This document shows, piece after piece, positions 54,359 through 63,949 of a stretch of DNA of 64,000 nucleotides (the stretch's first letter is position 1; each line of letters begins with the position of its first letter). The notes below the pieces were generated by a model. That model was not told where the DNA came from. It saw only the letters and a program-made list of their open reading frames with translations, and did not search any database. A program made the position numbers and the translations under genes. Origin of the DNA: Bacillota bacterium (GTDB lineage: Bacteria > Bacillota > Limnochordia > Limnochordales > ZCTH02-B6); contig PKQS02000010.1 of assembly GCA_017577945.2 (NCBI GenBank), positions 4,456 through 68,455 on the forward strand. The letters are read 5' to 3'.

Positions 54359-54978
54359 GGCGTACGCCTCCCCTGCCCGCTCGCGTCGCCGCCGCTCTCC
54401 GGCGGCGCGCAAAACTTCCAGCATTCGTCGTTTCCGTCCAGCGGCACGCCGTCGGCCAAAAGGCGCTTCTCCACGTCGGCGCCCACGGGATTGTCGCCGC
54501 GGCCGATGAAGTCCGCAAAATGCGCGTGCAAGCACTTGACGCCGCTGCGGCCGCGCATGCCCGCGACGCCGGTTTCGGCCAGAACCTGCGCCTCCCGCGG
54601 GCGCGTCGCCTCCAGCTCCCGCAGCCAGTCCTCCGGCACGAGGCTCAGCCGGTGCGCCGCCGCGGCCCGGTGCGCCGCTTCCATGCGCTGGGCAAACTCC
54701 GGATCGGCGGCGATACGTTCCTCATACTCCCGGATGGCGCCCTCCGCCTCCAGGCGGCTGATGGCGCGATGCAGCAGCGGGCACGTCAGCCAGAAGACCG
54801 TCGGGAACACATCCCAGCGGTCGCCTCGCCGCTGGAGCGGCGCCGTCAGGATGATCTGCGGAAAGTCGTAGCGGCAACGTCGCGTCACTTCCAGAAACGG
54901 CCGCGGCTTGCGCCGGATCTGCGTGGCGACGACGCGTACGTCCTGCTCGCGCGGTTGCCGTGCGGCCTCGCCCGCCAT
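54355..54978 (-). CDS. DUF501 domain-containing protein
   Basis: ATG 54978 lies 7 nt after GGGGAG. FPTVFWLTCPLLHRAISRLEAEG...DPEF...AH resembles actinobacterial DUF501 (Rv1025-like) proteins as I remember them. Confidence 0.75.
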   Translation of the reverse strand: MAGEAARQPREQDVRVVATQIRRKPRPFLEVTRRCRYDFPQIILTAPLQRRGDRWDVFPTVFWLTCPLLHRAISRLEAEGAIREYEERIAADPEFAQRMEAAHRAAAAHRLSLVPEDWLRELEATRPREAQVLAETGVAGMRGRSGVKCLHAHFADFIGRGDNPVGADVEKRLLADGVPLDGNDECWKFCAPPESGGDASGQGRRTP

Positions 54979-54998
54979 GGGCTCACTCCCCACCCATC

Positions 54999-55023
54999 AA
55001 AAAAGGCACCCGTGCGGGTGCCT
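54999..55023 (-). terminator. intrinsic terminator after yabR
   Basis: On the minus strand AGGCACCC gcac GGGTGCCT is followed by TTTTTT. Confidence 0.8.
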
Positions 55024-55061
55024 CCTGGATATGCTCTGCTCCCAACGACGTCTCTATTATA

Positions 55062-55463
55062 TCAGAAAGCGCGGCGCGTGCCCCGGCCTCCTCGCTTCGC
55101 GTCCATGCTCTTGCGCAAGTCGGCGAGGCGCTCGTCGCTCTCGCGCAAGAACCGCGACAGTTTTTCCTCGAAGGAACGCGACGTGCGAGCGCGACCACGG
55201 GCGGGCCGCCCGGCAGCTGGAGACGGATCGGGATTGTTCACCTGGCGGATGGAAAGACCGATCTTGCCGTTGCTGACGCTCAACACCTTCACCTTGACGA
55301 TGTCGTTCGGCTTCAGGTAGTCGTGGATGTCGTGGACGTACGTGTCAGCGATCTCCGAGATGTGCACCAGGCCGGTCTTTCCCTCACCGAGCTCGACGAA
55401 GGCGCCGAAGCTGGTGATGCCGGTGACCCTCCCCTCCAGGATGCTGCCAACTTCAATGGACAT
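55062..55463 (-). CDS. yabR: S1 RNA-binding domain protein (YabR-like)
   Basis: GSILEGRVTGITSFGAFVELGEGKTGLVHISEIA is a canonical S1 domain. ATG 55463 after AAGGGAGGA. Confidence 0.9.
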   Translation of the reverse strand: MSIEVGSILEGRVTGITSFGAFVELGEGKTGLVHISEIADTYVHDIHDYLKPNDIVKVKVLSVSNGKIGLSIRQVNNPDPSPAAGRPARGRARTSRSFEEKLSRFLRESDERLADLRKSMDAKRGGRGTRRAF

Positions 55464-55526
55464 ACGGAAACGAAATCCTCCCTTAAGGTGTTGCCCTGCC
55501 GGCAGCTTTGTCCAGCAGGTACTCTT

Positions 55527-55555
55527 ATTATATGTGTTGCGAATATTTTTGTCAA
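55527..55555 (-). promoter_or_regulatory. perfect consensus promoter TTGACA-17-TATAAT upstream of yabR
   Basis: On the minus strand, -35 is the complement of 55550-55555 and -10 the complement of 55527-55532. It sits in an AT-rich island. Confidence 0.8.
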
Positions 55556-55587
55556 TCTATACGAACCGAAGCCATGCGGCGGACGGG

Positions 55588-55926
55588 TCAGCGGCCCTTG
55601 GATGCTGCCGCGGGCGGGTCGATGATGATGACGGGCGTCTCGCCCGGCGCGACCAGCCGCAGCTGCTCCCTGGCGATGCGCTCGATCACTTCGTCGCTGT
55701 CGTAGCGAGCCAGCTCTTCCTCCAACGCCGCGTTCAGCCGCCGCAGCTCCTCGATTTCCTGCTGCACCTGCTCCAGCTCGGCGCGCAGGGCTCGGAGGCG
55801 CATATATCCGGTCACGTAGCCGTACACGGTGTAGGTGAGGAAGATGAGCAGAGCGACGACGACGAAGAAGCGAGGGCGCAGCCTGATGCGCCTGCGGGCT
55901 CGCGGGCCGGCTCTCTCCGCCGCCAT
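55588..55926 (-). CDS. divIC: septum formation initiator family protein (DivIC/FtsB-like)
   Basis: N-terminal TM (FFVVVALLIFLTYTVYGYV) followed by a leucine-zipper-like coiled coil. The position between yabQ and yabR is as in Bacillus. Confidence 0.8.
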   Translation of the reverse strand: MAAERAGPRARRRIRLRPRFFVVVALLIFLTYTVYGYVTGYMRLRALRAELEQVQQEIEELRRLNAALEEELARYDSDEVIERIAREQLRLVAPGETPVIIIDPPAAASKGR

Positions 55927-55991
55927 GTCACATCACCTCACGGAACCCCCGGCAGGGAACCTTCGACGGCGGCGGCTCGGGCTCCTCCCCT

Positions 55992-56519
55992 TTATCGCTT
56001 CCTCCACGCGAGCGGCGGCCGCCACGGCAAGAGCCCTCGCCGCAGCCCTTCCAGCCGGCGCAGCATACCCGGCGGAGTCCACCCAGCCGCGCTGCGCCCG
56101 CCCAGGGCCGCTCGCCGCGCCCGCCAGGCGAAGGCGGCGCTGCGCGCGAGTATGACGGGCCACGTGACGGCGCTCCACGCGGCATGCACCACCCACGCGG
56201 CGACCCAGCCGACCGCACGCAACAGGGCCCGCAACGTTTCCGTCACCAACGGGCTGAGCAAGCCGACATAGAGCGTCAGGCCGGCGGCGGCGCCGAGAAG
56301 CACGTAAAAGCGCAGCTCGCCTCCGTTGGCGCGCAGCAGCAGCACGGCCGCGACCGGAGCCGCCGCCGCCCAGTACAGCACGTCGCACAGCCACGCCACC
56401 GCGCTGCGGGGGCCGAACGCGGCGCGCACGACGCGGAAGACGTCGTAGATCGCCCCCAGGACGCCGCCGGCTCCGGCCATGACGACGAAGGCGTACAGCT
56501 GCTGGGTCAGCGTTTCCAC
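55992..56519 (-). CDS. yabQ: spore cortex biosynthesis protein YabQ
   Basis: GTG 56519. Small multi-TM protein (GAGGVLGAIYDVFRV...DVLYW) immediately downstream of yabP. Confidence 0.7.
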   Translation of the reverse strand: METLTQQLYAFVVMAGAGGVLGAIYDVFRVVRAAFGPRSAVAWLCDVLYWAAAAPVAAVLLLRANGGELRFYVLLGAAAGLTLYVGLLSPLVTETLRALLRAVGWVAAWVVHAAWSAVTWPVILARSAAFAWRARRAALGGRSAAGWTPPGMLRRLEGLRRGLLPWRPPLAWRKR

Positions 56520-56648
56520 CGGGCCTCACCTCGACCAGCTCGAATGCCCCTGCGGCTGCGAGCCGCCGGCCGCACCTTGCCAGGGTATGCAGGCGGCCTG
56601 CCGCGTGTGCCGCCCGGCCCGAAGCGGCCGGCGCCCGGCGGACCCGGC

Positions 56649-57017
56649 TCACTTGAAGAGCTTGCCCAGCAAACCCTTGCTCTTTTTCGCCAGCCCCTCG
56701 CCCGCGTACTCCAGCGCGTGGACGTGGCCTGTCAGCTGCAGCGTCCCCGTCTCCAGGTTCAGCTCCTTGATATGCAGCTGCTCTCCCCGGACGAACAACA
56801 CGCCCGCCTCGGTCTCGACGATGACCTCCGTGTCGTCAAAGCTCTCCACGTTGACCACGCCCTCCACGGCCAAGCTCTCCCGCTCGCGCAGCGCCAGCTG
56901 GTGCTTGCGCCGGGCCGCGCCGGCCTGCCTCGCCTCCGCCAAGAAGCCCGCCCCCTTTCCGGCCGACGCCTGTCCGTCCCCCTCGGGAACAACGTATGCG
57001 GCCGCTCCAGGGAGCAT
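56649..57017 (-). CDS. yabP: sporulation protein YabP
   Basis: LAVEGVVNVESFDDTEVIVETEAGVLFVRGEQLHIKELNLETGTLQLTGHVHALEY matches the YabP/YqfC repeat pattern. Confidence 0.85.
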   Translation of the reverse strand: MLPGAAAYVVPEGDGQASAGKGAGFLAEARQAGAARRKHQLALRERESLAVEGVVNVESFDDTEVIVETEAGVLFVRGEQLHIKELNLETGTLQLTGHVHALEYAGEGLAKKSKGLLGKLFK

Positions 57018-57053
57018 GACCGGCGGCGCGAGAGCATCACCGCCGCCCGCTCG

Positions 57054-58013
57054 TTACCGCCAGAGCCTGCGGATTTCAATGCCGTCGAAGAAGAACTGCA
57101 CGATCTCCTCCGGCGAGCGCCCTTCGCGTGCCATCTTGTACGCGTCCCATTGGCTCAAGCCCACGCCGTGACCGAAGCCCGTTCCCCGCGCCGTTACGCG
57201 GCCGCCGCTGAGCTCCCAGTCTTCGATCAACGTCGACTTGAGCCGTTCCGCACCCACCGCCAGGCGGAAGTCGTTGCCGCTCACCGTGGCCCGCCCGTTC
57301 GTACCCGTCACCTCGAAGGCCGTCACCCGGCGCGACGGCCCCCTCTCCGCGATGCGGACGTTCTCAATCGCCCCCACGTTCACGCCCGCCTCGGCCAACG
57401 CTGCCCGCAGCTCCTCCAAGCTCATGCTGAACTCCCACGCCGTCACGTCCTCCGGCGCGAACTCGTTGTCCGGCACCTCGACGCTCTTGATGTACGGCGG
57501 CTCTTCGTCCAGCCCGAGCCCCTCCCGCGCCGTGGCCGTGCGCCCCCCGCTGTAGGAGTGGAACCACGCCCGCACCACCTCGTCGCCGTACACCATCACT
57601 TCGCCCCGGGTCATCTCCACGCCCCGCTCGATGGCCTGCGTGATGCCGCCGGGATTGTACGCCTGCGCCTGCTCGTGCTCGGCGGGAATTTCGTTGCCGC
57701 CCGTCTCCTCCCAGTACCGCATCGTAAAGCTGCGCGCCAAAATGGCCTGGGCCGCATAGGCTTCCACCGGCCAGTCGGCTTCCTCCGCCTGTCCCCGCGC
57801 CGGCAACCGCCCCATCTCGCCCGCCACGACGCCCGCGACGTACCGCTCGATGGGCAGCTCCTCCCGGCGCCCGTCCCGGTGGACGACGACCACCGTGGGC
57901 TCGTCCCGCAAGTTCCCGTCGCCCGCGTTTTGCGCCCGCGCGAAATACCAAATTCCGACGGCCAGCACCACCGCCGCCGCCAACAGCACGCGCCTGACCG
58001 CTGCATTGTCCAC
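57054..58013 (-). CDS. SpoIID/LytB domain-containing protein
   Basis: GTG 58013 lies 8 nt after GGGAGG. N-terminal anchor, FHSYSGGRTA and GTGFGHGVGLSQWDA motifs. Confidence 0.85.
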   Translation of the reverse strand: MDNAAVRRVLLAAAVVLAVGIWYFARAQNAGDGNLRDEPTVVVVHRDGRREELPIERYVAGVVAGEMGRLPARGQAEEADWPVEAYAAQAILARSFTMRYWEETGGNEIPAEHEQAQAYNPGGITQAIERGVEMTRGEVMVYGDEVVRAWFHSYSGGRTATAREGLGLDEEPPYIKSVEVPDNEFAPEDVTAWEFSMSLEELRAALAEAGVNVGAIENVRIAERGPSRRVTAFEVTGTNGRATVSGNDFRLAVGAERLKSTLIEDWELSGGRVTARGTGFGHGVGLSQWDAYKMAREGRSPEEIVQFFFDGIEIRRLWR

Positions 58014-58158
58014 CCGCTCCGCCTCCCGAAAGGCACGTTTTTTCAGTCGGTAGTGTGCGACGGCCCGAAAATGCCTATGCTAAAGGACCTGAAAGGAGGA
58101 TTTCACGGGAGACCCCCGAATTTACGGATACGAAAACTTCCCAAAGGAGGAACGTTCT

Positions 58159-58437
58159 GTGAACAAGACGGAGCTCATTGCTCGGGTCGCCGAGAAGACG
58201 AACCTGACGAAAAAGGCGGCGGGCGACGCCGTGGAAGCCGTCCTGGAAGCCATCACCGAGGCGCTGGCGGGCGGCGACAAGGTGACGCTGGTTGGCTTCG
58301 GCACGTTTGAGGTGCGGAACCGGGCGGCTCGCCGCGGCGTGAATCCGGCTACGGGCGAAGCCATCAACATTCCGGCCAGCCGGGTGCCGGCGTTCAAGGC
58401 GGGCAAGCAGCTCAAGGAAATGGTCGCCGGCAAGTAA
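58159..58437 (+). CDS. hup: DNA-binding protein HU
   Basis: GTG 58159 lies 8 nt after [22 protein letters not shown]...[21 protein letters not shown]. Confidence 0.95.
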   Translation: MNKTELIARVAEKTNLTKKAAGDAVEAVLEAITEALAGGDKVTLVGFGTFEVRNRAARRGVNPATGEAINIPASRVPAFKAGKQLKEMVAGK

Positions 58438-58441
58438 CAGC

Positions 58442-59296
58442 ATGACGAACGCCCGCAGGGAGAGCGAAGCCGGAGGCGATTTGTCGCGGCTGCTCGCGAT
58501 CATGGCCAGGCTGCGGTCGCCGGAAGGTTGTCCCTGGGATCGGGAGCAGACCCACGAGAGTTTGAAGAAGTATCTGCTCGAGGAAGCGTACGAGCTGCTG
58601 GACGCCATCGACGCGGGCGACGATCGCGCTCTCGTCGAGGAATTGGGTGACGTACTGCTCCAAGTGGTCTTTCATGCCACCATTGCGGCCGAGACAGGCC
58701 GCTTTACGATGCAGGACGTCATCGACACGCTGACGGACAAGCTGATCCGGCGGCATCCGCACGTGTTCGGCGACGCAGAGGCCGATGACGCGGCGGCCGT
58801 AACGCGTCTGTGGGCGGAAATCAAGCGTCGGGAGGCGTCGCCGGGCGAAGCCGACACGCCCGAAGGCGCCTCCATGCTGGACGGTGTGCCGCGCAGCCTG
58901 CCGGCGCTGATGGAAGCGGAGAAGCTGCAGCAGCGGGCCGCGCGCGTCGGGTTCGAATGGGACGATGTGGACGGCGCGTGGCAAAAGGTGCGCGAGGAGC
59001 TGGACGAACTGCAAGCCGCACTCCAGGCCCGCGGCGCCGGCGGCGAGGCGCAGCAGGAACGCCTGGCGGAAGAGTTCGGCGACGTCTTGTTTGCGCTGGT
59101 CAACGTAGCCCGGTACGTGCACGTCGATCCCGAGCAAAGCCTGCGAGCCGCCAACGCCAAGTTCCGCCGGCGCTTCCGCTACATCGAGCGGCGCGCCGCC
59201 GAACAAGGGCAAGATTTGGCCCGCATGTCGTTGGCGGAAATGGACGCCCTTTGGGAGGAAGCGAAGCGCCTGGAAACGGAAGGCGGCCGGCCGTAG
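58442..59296 (+). CDS. mazG: nucleoside triphosphate pyrophosphohydrolase MazG (YabN-like)
   Basis: RLRSPEGCPWDREQTHESLKKYLLEEAYE and a tandem MazG domain with EEFGDVLFALVN. Confidence 0.9.
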   Translation: MTNARRESEAGGDLSRLLAIMARLRSPEGCPWDREQTHESLKKYLLEEAYELLDAIDAGDDRALVEELGDVLLQVVFHATIAAETGRFTMQDVIDTLTDKLIRRHPHVFGDAEADDAAAVTRLWAEIKRREASPGEADTPEGASMLDGVPRSLPALMEAEKLQQRAARVGFEWDDVDGAWQKVREELDELQAALQARGAGGEAQQERLAEEFGDVLFALVNVARYVHVDPEQSLRAANAKFRRRFRYIERRAAEQGQDLARMSLAEMDALWEEAKRLETEGGRP

Positions 59297-59311
59297 GCGG
59301 CCGCCGGTTTT
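59282..59311 (+). terminator. intrinsic terminator overlapping the mazG stop codon
   Basis: GGCGGCCG (59282-59289) / CGGCCGCC (59298-59305) stem, then GGTTTT. Confidence 0.65.
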
Positions 59312-59393
59312 CATGGGCGCGGCGCGCAAGGCAGCCGGCGCAGGCCGAAAAGGCGGGTGCACGCCGAAAAGGCCGGCGCGCAACCAAAGGGTG

Positions 59394-59433
59394 CGGAAAA
59401 CAATTGGGCGGTGGGGTGCACCCACCGCCGCCC
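59394..59433 (-). terminator. intrinsic terminator after spoVT
   Basis: On the minus strand there is a GGGCGGCGGTGGGTGCACCCCACCGCCC stem-loop followed by AATTGTTTTCC. Confidence 0.7.
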
Positions 59434-59527
59434 TGACGGCTTCCTCCGCCCTCCTCCGTGGGGGCTGACGCGATTGCCGCGGCCTCCGGCCGGGTTGCCC
59501 TTCCTGTTCCCTGGCCTTGCAGCTCCG

Positions 59528-60079
59528 CTACTGCTCCATTTGCTTCGCCAAGAAGCCGGCCGCCGTTTCGGCCAGTTTCAGCTCCAGCTCGCCCATGCGC
59601 TTGCCCGTCTCGTTGGTGGCGATGATGACCGCGCCGATTGGGTCGCCTTCGGCGATGATGGGCGCGATGGCTTGCGCCTGAAACGCCCACGCCGCGTCAT
59701 CATCTTCCTGCAGCGGCGGGCCTTCGCCCGGGCCCGAGATCAGCAGCGGTCGCCGGCCGTCCATGACCTTCTCGACGATGGAGGGCACCCGCTTGTCCAG
59801 CCATTGTTTCTTCGGCGCGCCCGCCACCGCGATGACCGCGTCGCGATCCGTGATGATCGCGATGTGGTCGGTCGTCTCGTGCAGCGAATCCGCATACTCT
59901 TGGGCAAAATCCCCCAGTTCGCCGATGGGGGAGTATTTCTTCAGAATGACCTCGCCGTCGCGGTCCACGAAAATTTCCAGCGGGTCGCCTTCGCGGATGC
60001 GCAGCGTGCGGCGAATCTCCTTGGGAATGACAACCCGGCCCAGGTCGTCGATGCGGCGCACGATACCGGTTGCTTTCAC
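59528..60079 (-). CDS. spoVT: stage V sporulation protein T (AbrB-family regulator)
   Basis: MKATGIVRRIDDLGRVVIPKEIRRTLRIREGDPLEIF is the SpoVT/AbrB swapped-hairpin N-terminus, with a GAF-like C-terminal domain. Confidence 0.95.
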   Translation of the reverse strand: MKATGIVRRIDDLGRVVIPKEIRRTLRIREGDPLEIFVDRDGEVILKKYSPIGELGDFAQEYADSLHETTDHIAIITDRDAVIAVAGAPKKQWLDKRVPSIVEKVMDGRRPLLISGPGEGPPLQEDDDAAWAFQAQAIAPIIAEGDPIGAVIIATNETGKRMGELELKLAETAAGFLAKQMEQ

Positions 60080-60115
60080 TGAGCAGCCCCCCTCCTAAGG
60101 CGTATTCACGTTCCA

Positions 60116-63100
60116 TTACTTACCGCCGTGGGCGACACGGGCGCCGACGGGCTCGGGCTGTCCACCGTCCTTGGCGGAGGGCCACGCCGCCCGCATTTCC
60201 CGCAGCACTTGCTCCAACAACGCCAGCAAGTCCCGTTCGCCGAGCCCGCGCCGGCGGATGCGGATCGGAGCGGAGCGGGCCGCCGACAAAACGATGCGGC
60301 CCCGGAACTGCCGGGTCAGGTGGAGCACCGTCTCCCTTGGCAACACCAGCCCCGGCAGCATGCGGATGACCACTTCCTCCTTGGTGCCGTTGACGGCCTC
60401 CACGCCCAGTTCCCTGGCCAGCACCTTGATGCGCGCCACGGCCAGCAAGTTGCGCACCGGGGGCGGCACTGGCCCGAAGCGGTCCTCCAGCTCCTCCTGA
60501 AAGTCCTGAATCTCCTCCGCCGTCCGCAGGCCCGCCACCCGCTTGTAAATCTCCACCTTCTGCTGCGGATCCGCCACGTAGTCGTCGGACACGTAGGCAT
60601 CGACGTTCAGGTCGATGACCGGATCCGGCGCCTCGCGCTTGACCTCCCCCTTCACCTCACGCACGGCCTCCTCCAGCAGCTTGCAGTACAGCTCGAAGCC
60701 TACGGAGGCGATAAAGCCGTGCTGCTCGGGCCCCAGCAAGTTGCCCGCGCCGCGGATTTCCAGGTCGCGCAGGGCAATCTTGAAGCCCGACCCCAGCTCG
60801 GTGAATTCCCGGATGGCCTGCAAGCGCTTTTCCGCGTCTTCGGTCAGTATTTTGTCCTTGCGGTAGGTGAAATACGCATATGCCACTCGATTGCTGCGCC
60901 CGACCCGGCCCCGGAGCTGATACAGCTGCGCCAGCCCGAAGCGATCCGCTTCGTCGACGATGAGCGTGTTGACGTTGGGGATATCCATGCCCGTCTCGAT
61001 GATGGTGCTGCAAACCAGCACGTCGATTTCCCGGTTGAGGAAATCAAGCATCACCTGCTCCAGCAAGTCCTCGGGCATCTGCCCGTGGGCGACGGCGATG
61101 CGCGCCTCGGGCACCAGCTGCCGCAGCCGATCGGCGACCCGGTCGATGTCCTGCACGCGGTTGTGCACGAAGTACACTTGCCCCTCGCGGCCCAGCTCGC
61201 GCAGGATGGCCTCGCGGACCAAGTCCTCGTCGTATTCGCACACGTACGTGCGAACCGGGAAGCGATCTTCCGGCGGCGTTTCGATGAGGCTCATGTCCCG
61301 GATGCCCACCAGCGCCATGTGCAGCGTCCGGGGAATCGGCGTCGCCGTCAGCGTCAGCACGTCGACGTTGCGCTTCAGTTCCTTCAGCCGCTCCTTTTGC
61401 GCCACGCCGAAGCGCTGCTCCTCGTCGATGACGACGCAGCCGAGATCCTTGAAGACCACGTCCTTGGAGAGGAGCCGGTGCGTGCCGATGACAATATCCA
61501 CCGTGCCGTCGGCCAGTCCCTTTAGCACCCGCGCCTGCTCGGCCGGCGACTGGAAGCGGCTCAACGCCTCAATGCGGACGGGATAGCGCGCGAAGCGCTC
61601 CCGGAACGTGCGCAGGTGCTGCTGCGCCAAAATCGTCGTCGGCACCAGCACCGCCACCTGCCGCGCGTCCATGACCGCCTTGAAAGCCGCGCGCATGGCC
61701 ACTTCCGTCTTGCCGAAGCCCACGTCGCCGCAGAGGAGCCGATCCATGGGCCGCGGCCGCTCCATGTCCGCCTTAATCTCCTCGATGGCCCGCTTCTGGT
61801 CGGGCGTTTCCTCGTACGGGAACGCTTCCTCGAACTCCTGCTGCCAGACCGTGTCCGGCGAGAACGCGTAGCCCGGCAGCGCCTCCCGCTCGGCGTACAG
61901 CTTCAGCAGCTTCTGGGCCAGCTCTTTTACCGACTGCTGCACGCGCTGCTTCGCGCGGGCCCACTCGTTGCCGCCGAGCCGGTTGAGCTTCGGCGTCTGC
62001 CCCTCGACGCCGATGTACTTTTGCAGCAAGTGCACTTGGTCGGTGGGAACGTACAGCTTGTCGTCGCCGGCGTACTCGATGAGCAGGTAGTCGCGATGGG
62101 CGCCGTCGATAACCAGCGTCTCCACGCCGCGATAGCGGCCGATGCCGTGGTTCACGTGGACGACCAGGTCGCCCGGCCGCAAGTCGTCGAGGCGCGCCGC
62201 GTTGGCGGCCCGCCGGGACGGCCGCTGCCGCCGCTTGTGCTGGCCGAACACCTCCAGCTCAGTCAGCACCGCCAGCTTCTCGCCCGGCAGCTCGCAGCCC
62301 ACGTGCAGCTCCGCGGACGTCACCACCACCGTGCCCGGCTCCAGCGCCGCAGCGCCCGGATCTTGCCGCACAGCGGGGACGTCTTCGTCGGCCAGCACCT
62401 CTTGGACGCGCTCGGCCCGCAAGTCCGTGGACGTGACGACGACGATGCGCCACCCTTCCCGGCGTCGCCGCCGCACGTAGCTGATGAACGCGTCCAGCTT
62501 GCCGTGGAACATTTCGGCGGGCCGAGACTTGACCGCGATCTCCGGCACGCCCTCCAGCCCCGCCACCTTCTGCGGCAACACCGCCAAGAACGCCGCCGGC
62601 CGGCGACGGAAGGCGGCCGCCAGTTCTTCCCAGTCGGCGAAAATGGCCGCCTGCTCCGGCAGCGCGCGGCCCCGCTCCAGCAAGTCCGGCTGCGTCTCGG
62701 CAAACTCCCGAGTGGTCAGCTGCAGCTGCTCGCGGGTGCGCGCCGGCTCATCGACGATGACGAGGCCTTCGTCGCCCAGGTAGTCGACGATGGTCTCCAG
62801 CCGCGCGAAGAAAAACGGTTTGTACTGGTCCAGCCCGGGCACCCAGCGGCCGCCCGCGAGATGGTCCAAGTGCGTGCGCACGCGCTGCAGGAGGTTATCG
62901 GCCCCGGCCGCGGCCCCGGCTCGCCGCAGCGCTTCCGCCTGCCGCTGGGCCGCCTCCTCGATGCGCCGCAAAACCGCTTCATCGTTGACGATGGGGTATT
63001 CCCGCGCCGGCCCGATGCGCACCGCGTTCACTTCTTCGGTGGACCGCTGCGTCTCCGGGTCGAAACAGCGGATGGAATCGACCTCGTCGTCGAAAAAGTC

Positions 63101-63712
63101 GATCCGATATGGCGCAGGCGCCGCCGTGGGGAAGACGTCCAGCAGCCCGCCGCGCACGCTGAACTGGCCGCGGCGTTCCACCATCGGCACCCGCTCGTAG
63201 CCTTCGCGTACAAGCCGCTCCGCCAGCGCGTCGCGATCGAGCACATCCCCCACGGACACGGTGAGCAGCCGCTCCGTCAGCACCTCTCGCGGCGGAAGTT
63301 TTTCCGCCACGGCCTGCGCGGGCGCGACGACCAGCACCGGCTCGCCCAGCGCCAGCCGCTCCAGCGCCGCCATGCGCGCCGACACGACGTCTTCCGGAAC
63401 TTGCAACTCCTCGTGGGGCCAGACTTCCCGGGCGGGAAACAGCAGCACGTCGCGCTCGGGCAGCAGCGACGACAGCTCGTTCACCAGCCGCTGCGCGGCG
63501 CCCAGGTCCACGGTGAGAACGAGCGCTGGCCCGCGGCGCCCGCGCGGCCAGCCGAGCCAGTACAGCGCGCCGATGGCCAGCGTCTTGTGCCCGGGGGCGA
63601 ACCCATGCCAGTAGGCGGCCGGCTTGCCGGCCCGTGTGCCGTTGTCGTCCGAGAGCGGTCCGTCGACGCCAAGGGAGCGGGATATTAATGCGAAAAGCGT
63701 ATTATTGACCAA
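60116..63712 (-). CDS. mfd: transcription-repair coupling factor
   Basis: TTG 63712 lies 8 nt after AGAGGGG. UvrB-homology N-terminus, RID, helicase motifs ([30 protein letters not shown]) and TRG motif. 1198 aa. Confidence 0.95.
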   Translation of the reverse strand: MVNNTLFALISRSLGVDGPLSDDNGTRAGKPAAYWHGFAPGHKTLAIGALYWLGWPRGRRGPALVLTVDLGAAQRLVNELSSLLPERDVLLFPAREVWPHEELQVPEDVVSARMAALERLALGEPVLVVAPAQAVAEKLPPREVLTERLLTVSVGDVLDRDALAERLVREGYERVPMVERRGQFSVRGGLLDVFPTAAPAPYRIDFFDDEVDSIRCFDPETQRSTEEVNAVRIGPAREYPIVNDEAVLRRIEEAAQRQAEALRRAGAAAGADNLLQRVRTHLDHLAGGRWVPGLDQYKPFFFARLETIVDYLGDEGLVIVDEPARTREQLQLTTREFAETQPDLLERGRALPEQAAIFADWEELAAAFRRRPAAFLAVLPQKVAGLEGVPEIAVKSRPAEMFHGKLDAFISYVRRRRREGWRIVVVTSTDLRAERVQEVLADEDVPAVRQDPGAAALEPGTVVVTSAELHVGCELPGEKLAVLTELEVFGQHKRRQRPSRRAANAARLDDLRPGDLVVHVNHGIGRYRGVETLVIDGAHRDYLLIEYAGDDKLYVPTDQVHLLQKYIGVEGQTPKLNRLGGNEWARAKQRVQQSVKELAQKLLKLYAEREALPGYAFSPDTVWQQEFEEAFPYEETPDQKRAIEEIKADMERPRPMDRLLCGDVGFGKTEVAMRAAFKAVMDARQVAVLVPTTILAQQHLRTFRERFARYPVRIEALSRFQSPAEQARVLKGLADGTVDIVIGTHRLLSKDVVFKDLGCVVIDEEQRFGVAQKERLKELKRNVDVLTLTATPIPRTLHMALVGIRDMSLIETPPEDRFPVRTYVCEYDEDLVREAILRELGREGQVYFVHNRVQDIDRVADRLRQLVPEARIAVAHGQMPEDLLEQVMLDFLNREIDVLVCSTIIETGMDIPNVNTLIVDEADRFGLAQLYQLRGRVGRSNRVAYAYFTYRKDKILTEDAEKRLQAIREFTELGSGFKIALRDLEIRGAGNLLGPEQHGFIASVGFELYCKLLEEAVREVKGEVKREAPDPVIDLNVDAYVSDDYVADPQQKVEIYKRVAGLRTAEEIQDFQEELEDRFGPVPPPVRNLLAVARIKVLARELGVEAVNGTKEEVVIRMLPGLVLPRETVLHLTRQFRGRIVLSAARSAPIRIRRRGLGERDLLALLEQVLREMRAAWPSAKDGGQPEPVGARVAHGGK

Positions 63713-63880
63713 AAATTTCCCCTCTTTCGACGCAGAAAAGGACTTTACAGCCGGTCAAAGCCCTCCACGGCTGCAGGGAACGAAACGCACGTCCCTCTCC
63801 AGGGCGCGCGAGCAATGCCGGGCGGTTGAAGATCCCCCGCCTCTCCGTGAAAACTGCGAGGCCGAAAGCAGCGCATTTCC

Positions 63881-63910
63881 ATTATAGGTGCGGACGCGGC
63901 CGGCGATCAA
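63881..63910 (-). promoter_or_regulatory. candidate promoter TTGATC-18-TATAAT between pth and mfd
   Basis: On the minus strand, -35 is the complement of 63905-63910 and -10 the complement of 63881-63886. It would give a 5' leader of about 165 nt for mfd. Confidence 0.5.
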
Positions 63911-63949
63911 CCCCGCGCGGATCCGGCGGGGCGCCGATCACGGCTCGTA

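Noticed and set aside
59344-59373. Direct repeat GCCGAAAAGGC x2 plus several GGTGC motifs between mazG and spoVT. Considered as a repeat array or small RNA.
   Set aside because: There are only two short copies. The region is flanked by the two convergent terminators and shows no promoter-like element, so it is most simply spacer sequence.
63745-63876. A 43-codon minus-strand ORF (MRCFRPRSFHGEAGDLQ...) in the pth-mfd spacer, as a possible Fin/YabK equivalent.
   Set aside because: Its ATG lies only 4 nt after the candidate -10 hexamer, so it would not be in that transcript. It has no SD, lacks the CxxC pattern of Fin, and its composition looks non-coding.
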